64,000 nucleotides of DNA from Candidatus Niyogibacteria bacterium (GTDB lineage: Bacteria; Patescibacteriota; Minisyncoccia; HO2-45-28), in assembly GCA_016432485.1 (NCBI GenBank), contig CP066691.1, forward strand, positions 11,348-75,347, read 5' to 3'. The notes under the pieces were generated by a model that saw only the letters and a list, made by a program, of their open reading frames with translations, did no database searches and was not told the origin of the DNA. Position 1 is the first letter of the stretch. Each line of letters begins with the position of its first letter. A program made the translations under genes and the position numbers. This document shows, piece after piece, positions 9,975 to 20,130 of this stretch.

Positions 9975-11111
9975 ATGATTCCTTATAGCCGTCAGTCTGT
10001 TGACGCGAACGATATCAAAGCGGTTGTCGGGGTCTTGTCGTCTGATTTTATTACGCAAGGGCCGACGGTGTCTAAATTTGAAAAATCGCTCGCGCTTTAT
10101 TGCGGTGTTGAGTACGCAGTCGCAGTTTCAAACGGAACGGCTGCTTTGCATCTGGCGTATCTCGCCGCCGGATTAAAGAAGGGGGACGAGGCAATTACGA
10201 CCCCGAACACTTTTGCCGCGACCTCAAATATGCTTCTTGTCGTCGGCGCGAGGCCCGTTTTTGCCGATATCCGTCTTGATACGCGTAATCTTGACGAGAC
10301 AAAAATTGAAAAGCTGATTACCCCGAAAACAAAAGTGATTGTGCCCGTGCATTTCGCGGGATTGCCTTGCGATATGAAAACAATTTCATCAATCGCCAAA
10401 AAACGCCGTTTATTGGTTATTGAAGACGCTTGCCATGCTTTAGGCGCCAGGTATCGCGATTCCAAAATAGGCGATTGTAAGTACTCGGACATGGCCGTAT
10501 TCAGCTTTCATCCGGTAAAAACGATAACAACCGGCGAAGGCGGAGCGGTATTAACCAATAAAAAATCATATTACGATAAACTCTTGCGTTTGAGAAGTCA
10601 CGGCATTCACAAAGACAAAATCGGAAAAAATGTCATGACGGCTCTCGGATACAACTACAGGATGACCGATATTCAGGCCGCTTTGGGCTTGTCCCAACTT
10701 TCTAAAGTTGATTCTTTTGTCAGGCGGCGCAATCAAGTCGCGAGATATTATGAGGAGGAATTAAAAAATTCCAAAGATGTTTTGTTGCCCGTAAGCTTTC
10801 CCGGATATTATTCAGCGGGGCATATTTATGTAATAAGGGTTTCCAACCGGAAGAATCGCGATGAGCTCGCGTCTTTTTTAAAAAAGAACGGCATCGGCGC
10901 GAACTTCCATTATCCGGCCGTTTATTCCCACCCGTATTACAGGCGCAACGGTTATAAAAATATCCGCCTTGCTCAAACGGAAAAATACCATAATTCTTGC
11001 ATCACTCTTCCGTGTTACCCCGGTCTTTCCAAATCAATTGTTCGTGAAATCGCGGGGCTTATTAATAAATTTTTCATAAAAAATGAAAATACACGCGTTG
11101 ACTCCGTCTGA
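9975..11111 (+). CDS. pseC: UDP-4-amino-4,6-dideoxy-N-acetyl-altrosamine transaminase (DegT/DnrJ family)
   Basis: MIPYSRQ start, ITQGP, EDACHALG, FSFHPVKTITTGEGG, GYNYRMTDIQAALG. Confidence 0.88.
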   Translation: MIPYSRQSVDANDIKAVVGVLSSDFITQGPTVSKFEKSLALYCGVEYAVAVSNGTAALHLAYLAAGLKKGDEAITTPNTFAATSNMLLVVGARPVFADIRLDTRNLDETKIEKLITPKTKVIVPVHFAGLPCDMKTISSIAKKRRLLVIEDACHALGARYRDSKIGDCKYSDMAVFSFHPVKTITTGEGGAVLTNKKSYYDKLLRLRSHGIHKDKIGKNVMTALGYNYRMTDIQAALGLSQLSKVDSFVRRRNQVARYYEEELKNSKDVLLPVSFPGYYSAGHIYVIRVSNRKNRDELASFLKKNGIGANFHYPAVYSHPYYRRNGYKNIRLAQTEKYHNSCITLPCYPGLSKSIVREIAGLINKFFIKNENTRVDSV

Positions 11112-12183
11112 TTGCGGCCGGTGGGATGATTTTTGTCTGGAGTCAGACGATGCGTGGTTTTGGCACACTTTCGGATGGCTCAAATACACTCTTGATTATA
11201 AACCGGAATATAAACCGCGTTCGCTTTCTTTTTTTATGGAAGAGGGAGGTCGGATTATTGCGATCTCGCCTTTGATTCTCGAAGAACGCGGGAGCGTAAA
11301 AGAATTTTCTTACGGCGGAGGCTGGGGTCCAATACCGGCGTTAGCCAATGATTTAACCAAAAACGAACGGGAAAAAATTACCAAAGCTGTTTTTGAAGAA
11401 ATCGACAGGAAAGCTAAAGAAGAAGGGGTCAAATTGGCAAAATTTCGTTTCTCAACGCTTAATAAATCATTTATTGAAACGGGGGAGCAGAAATTCAATC
11501 ACTTAATGAAGTTCGGATATTTCGGCGAAATGCTCAACACCCAAGTTATTGATCTCTCGCGCTCTTTGGATGTTCTGCGCGGCGCTTTGCGTCACGGCCA
11601 TGATTCCGATATTTCCCGCGCCGAAAAATCACTAAAGGCCGAAGTGTATGATTCCGAAACCATAACGGGGCCGGTATTTGAAGAATATGTAAAATTGCAT
11701 CACAAGGCCTCGGGGCGTTCTACTCGTCCGCGTTCAACTTTTGATATGATGCATAAATGGATCGAGAACAAAAACGCATTTCTGGTCGGGGTAAAAAAAG
11801 ACGGCAAATTCGCCGGTTTCTCTTATTTTTTCAGTTTTAAAAACAATGTTTATTACGGTTCGTCCTGCAATGACCCGGATGTCGAAAAAATGCCCATAGG
11901 GCATCTAATTCAGTGGACGGCTATTCGCTGGATGCGCGAAAAAAATTTTGGATTTTACGAAATAGGCTGGCAGCAGTACGGAAACACTCTTTTTGATTTT
12001 CCTTCCGAAAAAGAAATAGATATCGCGCGGTTCAAGCGCGGTTTTGGCGGAGAAACTTACCCGCTTTTTATAGGCGAAAAGTATTATGATAAGGATTATT
12101 TCCTGACGATTTATAAGCAAAGGATTGGCGATTACTCCGGATTTTTAGCGAAAACACACCATGAAGAACAACCGATTCAATGA
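11083..12183 (+). CDS. FemAB/GNAT-like acyl/aminoacyl transferase
   Basis: WD.F...S..A.FWH..W start; HLIQW.AI.W...YEIG; FKRGFGG. Confidence 0.65.
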   Translation: MKIHALTPSDCGRWDDFCLESDDAWFWHTFGWLKYTLDYKPEYKPRSLSFFMEEGGRIIAISPLILEERGSVKEFSYGGGWGPIPALANDLTKNEREKITKAVFEEIDRKAKEEGVKLAKFRFSTLNKSFIETGEQKFNHLMKFGYFGEMLNTQVIDLSRSLDVLRGALRHGHDSDISRAEKSLKAEVYDSETITGPVFEEYVKLHHKASGRSTRPRSTFDMMHKWIENKNAFLVGVKKDGKFAGFSYFFSFKNNVYYGSSCNDPDVEKMPIGHLIQWTAIRWMREKNFGFYEIGWQQYGNTLFDFPSEKEIDIARFKRGFGGETYPLFIGEKYYDKDYFLTIYKQRIGDYSGFLAKTHHEEQPIQ

Positions 12184-13174
12184 ACAAAATATAAAACCGG
12201 AAAGCAAAGATTTTCAGGAAGCCCTCGCGTCTGATATCGCGGTTTTGGCCGCCTCCAAAAGTAAATTTATAAAAGTATCGTGTCCCGCTTGCGGAAAAGA
12301 CGATGCCGGATCCGCCTTTGAAAAATACGGTTTCAATTTTGATGTTTGTCGTAAATGCGGCACGGCATATATGAATCCCAGGGCTACGCCCAAAATTTTG
12401 CGGGATTTTTATGAACACTCGCTGGTTTATGAGTGTTGGAATAAATTTATTTTTCCCGCGTCCGAAAAAATGCGCAGAGAAAACATTGTTAAACCGCGGG
12501 TGCGGCGAATTTTGGAAATATGCGACAAATTTGACGTTCCGACTGATTGTTTGGTTGAAGTTGGGGCTGGTTTCGGCACGTTTTGTAAAGAAGCAAAAGC
12601 CACAGGCAGATTTTCTAAAATTATCGCGATTGAGCCAATGCCTGCGCTTGCGCAATCATGCCGCAAGCGGGGCATAGAGACCATCAACGATTTTATTGAA
12701 AACATTAAGTTTCTCAATACGCCTCCGGACATAATCGTTTCTTTTGAGGTGATTGAGCATCTTTTTTCGGCCGAGGAATTTTTAAAAACTTGCAGAGGCC
12801 TTATGAATCCGGGGTCTATTATTGCGGTAACCTGCCCTAATTTTAAGGGGTTTGACATTTCTACGCTCGGGATTATGTCGGAAAGCATTGACCATGAGCA
12901 TATCAATCTTTTTAACCCGGATTCGCTTAAAATTCTTTTTAAGCGCGCCGGTTTTGAGGCGCTGGAATGCTTCACGCCTGGAGAATTGGATGCCGAAATT
13001 GTCAGAAATAAGGTTCTTGCCGGAAAGTTCAGTGTGTCTGACCGACTTTTTTTGAAGACGATACTGATTGATAGATGGAATGAATTGGGCGCCGGATTCC
13101 AGAAATTTCTGAAAGAGAATAACCTCTCGTCCCATACATGGTTCGTAGCGAGAAAGCCTTATGATCGGAAATAA
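12161..13174 (+). CDS. Class I SAM-dependent methyltransferase with N-terminal Zn-binding CxxC pairs
   Basis: CPAC...CRKC; VEVGAGFG; FEVIEHL. Confidence 0.8.
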   Translation: MKNNRFNEQNIKPESKDFQEALASDIAVLAASKSKFIKVSCPACGKDDAGSAFEKYGFNFDVCRKCGTAYMNPRATPKILRDFYEHSLVYECWNKFIFPASEKMRRENIVKPRVRRILEICDKFDVPTDCLVEVGAGFGTFCKEAKATGRFSKIIAIEPMPALAQSCRKRGIETINDFIENIKFLNTPPDIIVSFEVIEHLFSAEEFLKTCRGLMNPGSIIAVTCPNFKGFDISTLGIMSESIDHEHINLFNPDSLKILFKRAGFEALECFTPGELDAEIVRNKVLAGKFSVSDRLFLKTILIDRWNELGAGFQKFLKENNLSSHTWFVARKPYDRK

Positions 13175-13787
13175 AAAAGTCTGCATACTTGACTACGGTT
13201 CCGGAAATGTCGGCTCTGTCTTTAATATGTTTCAGACCTTGATTGACACGGCTGTTATCTCAAATAAATCGGAGGATATTGTCGGCGCCACTCATATCGT
13301 GCTTCCGGGAGTTGGCGCGTTCGGCGCTTCAATGGACAAAATTAAAAAAACAATTACGCTGGATGTCTTGAAGCGCGAGATTTTTGAAAACAAAAAACCA
13401 TTTTTAGGCATTTGTGTGGGCATGCAAGTTTTGGCCGATAAGGGTTTTGAATTCGGAGAATATGACGGTCTCGGTTGGATTCCGGGGGAGGTGAGAAAAA
13501 TAAATTCGGGCAAACTCCCTCTGCCGCATATCGGCTGGAACAGCGTTGTTGCGCTGAAAAAAAATCCGCTTTTGGACGGGTTAAGTGAAAGTCAAGATTT
13601 TTATTTTGTTCACAGCTTCGTTTTTGATGAAAAAGACGCGGAAAGTGTTGCCGCTAAAACAGAATACGGAGAGAAGTTTAATTCCATAATAGCCAAAGGC
13701 AATATTTTTGGAGTCCAATTTCATCCTGAAAAGAGCCAGAAAGCCGGCTCAATTTTATTAAAAAATTTTCTCTCTATAACACAATGA
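13161..13787 (+). CDS. hisH: Glutamine amidotransferase, HisH-like (glycan amidination module)
   Basis: DYGSGN, LPGVGAF, GICVGMQ, PHIGWN, QFHPEKS. Confidence 0.88.
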   Translation: MIGNKKVCILDYGSGNVGSVFNMFQTLIDTAVISNKSEDIVGATHIVLPGVGAFGASMDKIKKTITLDVLKREIFENKKPFLGICVGMQVLADKGFEFGEYDGLGWIPGEVRKINSGKLPLPHIGWNSVVALKKNPLLDGLSESQDFYFVHSFVFDEKDAESVAAKTEYGEKFNSIIAKGNIFGVQFHPEKSQKAGSILLKNFLSITQ

Positions 13788-14590
13788 AGAAGCGGCGTCT
13801 GATTCCGGTTTTACTCCTTAAAAACGGATGGCTTGTTCAGAGCAAGGGCTTCCAATTTTATCAAAATCTCGGAAATCCCGTAACTTCCGCAAAGCGTCTT
13901 TCGGAATGGGCGTCCGATGAGCTTATTTATCTTGATATTTCGCGTGATGAAGTGTATGATTTAAGGCGGGACGATTTGGGGCATGAAAACCGCCGCTCTT
14001 TTCTGGAAATAATTCAGGATGTTTCAAAGGTGACCTTTATGCCAATGACCGTGGGGGGGCGGATAAGGACGCTTGCCGACATTGAGCGCCGCCTTTCTTT
14101 GGGGGCTGATAAGATATCCATAAATACGGCCGCACTTCTGAATCAAAATTTTATAACCGAGGCGGCGCGTGAATTTGGCTCTCAATCTGTGGTTGTGTCG
14201 GTTGACTTTAAAAAAATAGGCGATAAGTTTGTTGTTATGTCCGAAGGAGGAACAAAGGAAACGGATTATTCTCCGCTAGAGTGGGCGAAGATCGCACAAA
14301 GCGCGGGCGCGGGGGAAATACTTTTAAATTCAATTGACCGAGACGGCGCGCGCACGGGATATGAAATTGATGTCATCGCCGAAGTTTCAGAAAATGTGAA
14401 AATACCCGTTATTGCCTGCGGCGGCGCGGGCGAATGGGCGCATTTTGCCGAAATTCTTGAAAAAACCAAGGCAGACGCGGTGGCAGCCGCAAATATTTTC
14501 CAATATACCGACCAGAGCGTTTATCAAGCGAAAAAATATCTATATGAACGCGGTTATAATGTCAGACCCCCTGATTTATTAACCGTATAA
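13784..14590 (+). CDS. hisF: HisF-like cyclase subunit (WbuZ-like)
   Basis: DELIYLDI, VGGRIR, GAGEILLNSIDRDG, IACGGAG. Confidence 0.85.
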   Translation: MKKRRLIPVLLLKNGWLVQSKGFQFYQNLGNPVTSAKRLSEWASDELIYLDISRDEVYDLRRDDLGHENRRSFLEIIQDVSKVTFMPMTVGGRIRTLADIERRLSLGADKISINTAALLNQNFITEAAREFGSQSVVVSVDFKKIGDKFVVMSEGGTKETDYSPLEWAKIAQSAGAGEILLNSIDRDGARTGYEIDVIAEVSENVKIPVIACGGAGEWAHFAEILEKTKADAVAAANIFQYTDQSVYQAKKYLYERGYNVRPPDLLTV

Positions 14591-14602
14591 ATTTTAATCA
14601 AG

Positions 14603-15823
14603 ATGAATTATTGTAAACGTTGCGTATATCCGCAAATTGCGGTCAATTTGGAAATAAATAACGACGGCATCTGTTCAAGCTGCGGAGTTTTTGAAAAATT
14701 CAAAAAATTAACGCCGGAGTTTTGGGCGCAAAGAAAAAAGAAATTTGAGGAGTTAATCAAAGAAATTTCAAAAAACAATACGTCCGATTACGACTGTGTT
14801 ATTCCGGTCTCCGGCGGCAAGGACAGTTATTATCAGACGCATATGATGGTTTCCGTTTACGGCTTAAAACCGCTTTTAGTGACATATCACGGCAATAACT
14901 ATTTGCCGGAAGGCGATTATAACCGCGATAGAATGCGCCATGTCTTTAATGCCGACCATCTTGTTTTCGGGCCGTCAGTCGAGGTTTTAAAAAAGCTGAA
15001 TCGTCTTTGTTTTCGTAAAATGGGCGATATGAATTGGCACGCGCACTGCGGCATAATGACTTATCCGATTCAGGTAGCGGTGAAATTTAACATTCCTTTA
15101 GTCATCTGGGGGGAAACGAGCTGGGACATATCGGGGATGTATGAGCCGGAGGATTTTGTGGAATTCAGCGCGCGCGCGAGACACGAACATAGTTTGCGCG
15201 GTTTTGAGTGGCACGATATGCTTAACGACGAAAAGGAGAAATTAAGCGAAAAGGATTTGCTCTGGACGAAATATCCTACGGACGACGAGATTTTAAAAGT
15301 CGGCGTCAGGGGTTTGTACATCGGTAATTTTTTTAGATGGGACCCGAATAAGCATTCTAAAATGGTGCAGGAAAAATATGGTTGGAAGCCGAGAGAAGTT
15401 CCGTTTGAAAGGACTTATCGCAAGTTTTCAAATTTGGATGACAGGTATGAAAATGGAGCGCATGATTTGTTAAAGTTCATAAAGTTCGGCTACGGCCGGG
15501 CTTCGGACCACGCGTCCAAAGACATACGCGACGGCTATATGACGCGCGAAGAAGGGATTGAAAAAGTAAGAAAGCATGACCATGTTGTTTCAAGCGATTT
15601 GAACTACTGGCTTGATTATGTCGGGATGTCCGAGGAAGAATTTTGGCGAGTAGCGGACACCTTTCGCGACCCGCGTGTCTGGAGAATTGAAAATGGAGCA
15701 TGGGTTAAGGATAATGTTTGGGGAACTTCCTCTGCTTACGGCCCCGTTTATCTTTCCGAGGAACAAAGCAAGGAATTTAATAAAAGGCAGAAAAATTTGG
15801 GCCTAAAAAATAATGGCAAATAA
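14603..15823 (+). CDS. N-acetyl sugar amidotransferase (WbuX/WbpG/PseA-like)
   Basis: YCKRC...ICSSC; YDCVIPVSGGKDS PP-loop; KFGYGRA..AS.DIR.G..TREE. Confidence 0.85.
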   Translation: MNYCKRCVYPQIAVNLEINNDGICSSCGVFEKFKKLTPEFWAQRKKKFEELIKEISKNNTSDYDCVIPVSGGKDSYYQTHMMVSVYGLKPLLVTYHGNNYLPEGDYNRDRMRHVFNADHLVFGPSVEVLKKLNRLCFRKMGDMNWHAHCGIMTYPIQVAVKFNIPLVIWGETSWDISGMYEPEDFVEFSARARHEHSLRGFEWHDMLNDEKEKLSEKDLLWTKYPTDDEILKVGVRGLYIGNFFRWDPNKHSKMVQEKYGWKPREVPFERTYRKFSNLDDRYENGAHDLLKFIKFGYGRASDHASKDIRDGYMTREEGIEKVRKHDHVVSSDLNYWLDYVGMSEEEFWRVADTFRDPRVWRIENGAWVKDNVWGTSSAYGPVYLSEEQSKEFNKRQKNLGLKNNGK

Positions 15824-16697
15824 ACTTTGTTTGGGAACTGTTCAACTGGGGCTGGATTACGGCATGAATAACAAGCGAGGGAAGCCTTCGCGCGAGGAGT
15901 CCTTGGCGATTTTGGACCGCGCATATGAGGGCGGCATAGAGGTGTTTGACACGGCTTACGCTTACGGCGACGCCGAAGATATTTTGGGCGAGTGGTTGGA
16001 AGGCCGCGGATTGAACAACAAAATTTCTGTAATTTCAAAATTAAAACCGCATACAACGGAAGTTGAAGAAGAAGTTAAAAAATCGCTTGCGCGTTTGAAG
16101 CGCGATTATTTGGACGGTTATTTACTGCATACGCCCGAATATATTTATAACGACGCCGTTTGGTCAGCCCTTAAATCCGTAAAGAAGAAAGGATTGGTAA
16201 AAAATATCGGCGTCTCAATTTACGAGGAAAAAGACGCGATGTACGCTGTCCAAGAACGTAAGGTTGATTATGTCCAGATTCCATACAGCGTTTTTGACCA
16301 GCGTTTGCATAAAACAGATTTTTTTGAAACCGCGCGAAAAAACGGCGTAAAAGTTTTTGCCCGCAGCGCATTTTTGCAAGGTCTTGTTTTTATGGATGAA
16401 GGGGCAATACCGGATTATTTATCTGACGCAAAAGAATATCTGCGCGAATTTAATAACATTATAAAGAAACATGGTTTTACGCGGGCCGAAGCGGCGCTTT
16501 TATTTTCACATAAAAATCCAGCTATTGACTATGTTGTTTTTGGAGTGGATAATATAGAGCAACTGGAAGAAAATTTGCGCATTATCCGGGACTCAAAAAA
16601 TTTTGACGCTTGCGCGAAAGAACTGCGCGATAAATTTACCGATATTAAAAAAAGCATTATTTTCCCAAGCTTATGGAAAAGTCGTCAAAAAAAATAA
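15813..16697 (+). CDS. Aldo/keto reductase
   Basis: LGTVQLGLDYG, DTAYAYG, YLLH, IGVSIY, RSAFLQG. Confidence 0.85.
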   Translation: MANKLCLGTVQLGLDYGMNNKRGKPSREESLAILDRAYEGGIEVFDTAYAYGDAEDILGEWLEGRGLNNKISVISKLKPHTTEVEEEVKKSLARLKRDYLDGYLLHTPEYIYNDAVWSALKSVKKKGLVKNIGVSIYEEKDAMYAVQERKVDYVQIPYSVFDQRLHKTDFFETARKNGVKVFARSAFLQGLVFMDEGAIPDYLSDAKEYLREFNNIIKKHGFTRAEAALLFSHKNPAIDYVVFGVDNIEQLEENLRIIRDSKNFDACAKELRDKFTDIKKSIIFPSLWKSRQKK

Positions 16698-18010
16698 TCC
16701 CTAAAGGGGTAAGATTATGGAACCGTGCGAAAAATCTGATTCCCGGAGGAACCCAGCTTTTGTCCAAGAGAGCGGAGATGTTTCTGCCCGATGGTTGGCC
16801 GTCTTATTACAAAAAAGCCAAGGGGGTTGAGGTCTGGGATTTAAGCGGCAGAAAATTTATAGATATGTCTTATATGTCTTTGGGCGCGGCTACGCTTGGT
16901 TATTCCGATCCTGACGTAAATAAAGCCGTAAGCAAGGTGTTAAATAACGGCGTGGTCTCCACTTTAAATACTCCTTTTGACGTGGAATTGGCGGAGCTTT
17001 TGTGTAAACTGCATCCGTGGGCCGGACAAGTGAAATTCGCAAGGACGGGCGGCGAGGCAATGACAGTTGCCGTCAGGATTGCAAGAGCATATACCGACCG
17101 CGACAAAATAGTTTTTTGCGGATACCATGGTTGGCATGATTGGTATTTGGCCGCCAACCTGGCTCATAAAAAAAATCTTGACGGGCATCTTCTCCCCGGA
17201 CTTTTTCCGAGAGGCGTTCCCCGCGCGTTAAAGGGCACCGCTTTCACTTTTCATTATAATAAGTTTTCGGAGCTTGAAAGAATTGCCGCAAGACATAAAA
17301 AAACCATTGCGGCCGTTGTCATTGAACCGATGCGTCACCACGAACCCGAAGACGATTTCTTAAAAAAAGTTCGGAATCTTGTTTCAAAAATCGGCGCCGT
17401 TTTAATTTTTGACGAAATCACCATAGGTTTCCGAAAAAATATAGGCGGAGTCCATCTTTTATATAAAGTAAATCCCGACATAGCCGTTTTTGCCAAAGGA
17501 ATTTCAAACGGACATCCTATGGCGGCGATTATCGGCAAAAAACGCGTTATGGACGCGGCAGAAACATCGTTTATATCCTCAACTTATTGGACTGAAGCGG
17601 TGGGTCCCGCCGCGGTAATCGCGACCATAAAAAAGATGCAGCGGCTTAATGTTCCCGCCCATCTTAAAAAAATAGGTGAAAAAATAAGCGAGGGGTGGAA
17701 AATCCGCGCCGCGAATTACGGCTTGAAAATAAACATTTTAGGTCCCGAGCCGTTAATCACTTTTTCTTTTGATTACGGTTCAAAAAATCAGATTCTCAAG
17801 ACCATCTTTACGCAGGAAATGCTTAAACGCGGATTTTTAGCGGGGCCCAGTGTTTATGTTTCCTACGCGCATAAAGATTCGCATGTGAAAAAATATCTTA
17901 AAGCGATTGATGAAGTGTTTGCTATTGTAAAAAAATCCGTTGACAGCAAAAACCCTAAAAAATTTCTTAAGGGTCCCGTGGCGCGTTCAGGATTCAAACG
18001 CTTAACATGA
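16673..18010 (+). CDS. Class III PLP aminotransferase (glutamate-1-semialdehyde aminomutase-like)
   Basis: FARTGGEA, GYHGWHDW, LIFDEITIGFR, FAKGISNG. Confidence 0.85.
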   Translation: MEKSSKKIIPKGVRLWNRAKNLIPGGTQLLSKRAEMFLPDGWPSYYKKAKGVEVWDLSGRKFIDMSYMSLGAATLGYSDPDVNKAVSKVLNNGVVSTLNTPFDVELAELLCKLHPWAGQVKFARTGGEAMTVAVRIARAYTDRDKIVFCGYHGWHDWYLAANLAHKKNLDGHLLPGLFPRGVPRALKGTAFTFHYNKFSELERIAARHKKTIAAVVIEPMRHHEPEDDFLKKVRNLVSKIGAVLIFDEITIGFRKNIGGVHLLYKVNPDIAVFAKGISNGHPMAAIIGKKRVMDAAETSFISSTYWTEAVGPAAVIATIKKMQRLNVPAHLKKIGEKISEGWKIRAANYGLKINILGPEPLITFSFDYGSKNQILKTIFTQEMLKRGFLAGPSVYVSYAHKDSHVKKYLKAIDEVFAIVKKSVDSKNPKKFLKGPVARSGFKRLT

Positions 18011-18765
18011 TTGCGGCGATTATACAGGCGCGTTTGGGTTCAAGCCGCCTTCCGGGCAAGGTGTTAAAAAACATTTGCGGCAAGCCGATGCTCGAGCATT
18101 TGCTGGAGAGAGTTAAACGCGCGAAAAGTTTGGATAAAATCATTGTTGCCACAACTGAAAAACCGGAAGATGGGGCAGTAGCCGAGCTTGCCAAAAATTA
18201 CGGAGTAGAATTTTTTCGCGGTTCCGAGAAAGATGTTTTAGACCGATATTATCAAACCGCCAAAAAATTTTCAGTAACTCATATTGTTCGTTTGACGGGC
18301 GACTGTCCTTTGATGGATCCGGAAATCATTAATGAAGTCGTTAATTTTTATGTTCAGAATTTGGATAAATATGATTACGTTTCTAATGTCCATCCGCCGA
18401 CATATCCTGACGGAATGGATGTCGAAGCATTTTCAATTGACGTTTTGGAAAAATCTCGGCAAGAAGCCGAATTGCCGTCCGAGCGCGAGCACGTGACGGC
18501 CTATATCGGAAATCATCCGGAGATTTTTCGCGCCTGCAATGTCAAATATAAAACTGATGTCTCCGGCATTCGTTTGACCGTTGACAATCGGGAGGATTTC
18601 GCCGTTATGAGTTCCGTTTTCCGCGAGCTTTACGCGAAAAACGAAAATTTTAATTTAGACGATATTTTAAATCTTTATAAAGAAAATCCGGAAATATTTT
18701 CAGCAAACAGCCGTATTAAAAGAAACGAAGGGTATGCCAAGTCCGTTAGAGAAGATGAGTTTTAA
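18007..18765 (+). CDS. SpsF-like cytidylyltransferase family protein (candidate CMP-nonulosonate synthetase)
   Basis: IIQARLGSSRLPGKVL, RGSE.DVL.RY, RLTGDCP, REHVT, RLTVD. Confidence 0.8.
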   Translation: MIAAIIQARLGSSRLPGKVLKNICGKPMLEHLLERVKRAKSLDKIIVATTEKPEDGAVAELAKNYGVEFFRGSEKDVLDRYYQTAKKFSVTHIVRLTGDCPLMDPEIINEVVNFYVQNLDKYDYVSNVHPPTYPDGMDVEAFSIDVLEKSRQEAELPSEREHVTAYIGNHPEIFRACNVKYKTDVSGIRLTVDNREDFAVMSSVFRELYAKNENFNLDDILNLYKENPEIFSANSRIKRNEGYAKSVREDEF

Positions 18766-20084
18766 TGAAAAAGTCGTGGATATTTTTTGATTTGGACGGA
18801 GTATTGGTTGACAGCGTTCCCTTGCTTAAGAGGACCTTTTTTGACTTCGGAAGGAAATTTTCCGTTAAATTAAGTCCGGCTGATTTTGACAAGTGCAACG
18901 GCTTAAATGTCAAAGAAATAGCGGCTTACTTAAAAAGGAAGGGCGGCTTGAGTTATTCCGTGAAGGATTTGAAAAAAAAGTATGAGGAGGTGCTCAAAAA
19001 AGTTCGGAGCGGCATTCGCGTTAAAAAGGAAGTTTTAGACGCATTGAAAAAACTTAAAAAAAGAGGGTGGAATTTGGCATTGGTGACAAGCGCGCCGTCC
19101 GGGTATTTACGGGCCATTATAAAAAAAGGAGGGGCGGAAAAACTTTTTGATTTTACCGTAAGCGGCGAAGATTTTAAAAAAGCCAAACCTCATCCGGAAA
19201 TTTATTTGAAAGCCGTCAAAAAAGCGGGGAGAGGTTTTTACGTGGCCGTGGAGGATTCGGAAAACGGGCTTGCCGCCGCTCGCAAGGCCGGCTGTTTCGC
19301 GCTTAAATACGACAGGAATCTTAAAAAAGATTCATTTTTTTCTTTTAGAAATTTCAACGACCTGCGCAAAAAATTGATTATCGCGGGGGAAAATTCCTTT
19401 TTAGCCGCAAAAATTACCGCAAAAAATAAAATATCTTTTCGTGAAGACAAAAAAATTCATCTCAACTTTTTTTCAAGAGCCGAGATTAACGATTTTTGGC
19501 GCAAGTCCAGGAAAAAAAATTCACGCCTTTTTGACGGCAAGATTTTTGCTCTGGGTTATGAAGCCGCGCCGTTTGATTTTCACGGCAAGTTTACCGACTA
19601 CGCGGGCGCTTTTTACTCGGCTGAAAAAGGAAGGCCCGCGGGTCCGATTTATTGCGGCGTTACGGGTATCGCGCGTTTTAACGGCGGCTATCTGCTTGCC
19701 CGCAGAAGCAATGACACAACGCGCGGCGGATTATACGAATTTGCGCCGGCGGGCGCCATTGATGCTTCGGCTCAAAGGGGCGGGAGGGCTCAACCTCTTG
19801 TACAGCTGAAAAAGGAACTAAAAGAGGAAATGGGATTCGACAGTCGTTGTATCTCCTCCATAACGCCCGTCTTTTTGGCGCTTGAGATTAGCACGGGCGT
19901 TATGGATGTTTTTTTCAAAATTCAACTATCCGGATTATCCGATGTTCATTCGTTTTTTAACGCGAGCTCCGAGCACGAAGATTTCAAGTTTTTTTCAAGA
20001 CGCGGGCTTAAAAAAGCTCTGCGGCAAAAACCGGAAATGTTTTTGGAGAATGTCGGACTCGTGCAGCAGCTGGATTTTTTGTAG
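18765..20084 (+). CDS. HAD-family phosphatase fused to a NUDIX-like domain
   Basis: FDLDGVLVDS, KPHPEIY, VEDSENG (HAD); PAGAID...KELKEEMG (NUDIX box). Confidence 0.75.
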   Translation: MKKSWIFFDLDGVLVDSVPLLKRTFFDFGRKFSVKLSPADFDKCNGLNVKEIAAYLKRKGGLSYSVKDLKKKYEEVLKKVRSGIRVKKEVLDALKKLKKRGWNLALVTSAPSGYLRAIIKKGGAEKLFDFTVSGEDFKKAKPHPEIYLKAVKKAGRGFYVAVEDSENGLAAARKAGCFALKYDRNLKKDSFFSFRNFNDLRKKLIIAGENSFLAAKITAKNKISFREDKKIHLNFFSRAEINDFWRKSRKKNSRLFDGKIFALGYEAAPFDFHGKFTDYAGAFYSAEKGRPAGPIYCGVTGIARFNGGYLLARRSNDTTRGGLYEFAPAGAIDASAQRGGRAQPLVQLKKELKEEMGFDSRCISSITPVFLALEISTGVMDVFFKIQLSGLSDVHSFFNASSEHEDFKFFSRRGLKKALRQKPEMFLENVGLVQQLDFL

Positions 20085-20130
20085 CAGGTATGTTATTTTT
20101 CTGAAAGACGTTCGCGACGGGGGAAAACCA

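Noticed and set aside
13161-14590. Histidine biosynthesis operon
   Set aside because: hisH/hisF are paired with a sugar amidotransferase in a glycan locus; no other his genes are present
16673-18010. hemL / tetrapyrrole synthesis
   Set aside because: Context with SpsF-like and AKR genes indicates glycan tailoring; no other hem genes
19882-20130. N-terminal extension of the GNAT ORF in the track
   Set aside because: Overlaps the HAD-NUDIX gene by about 200 nt; the GNAT domain begins near ATG 20131
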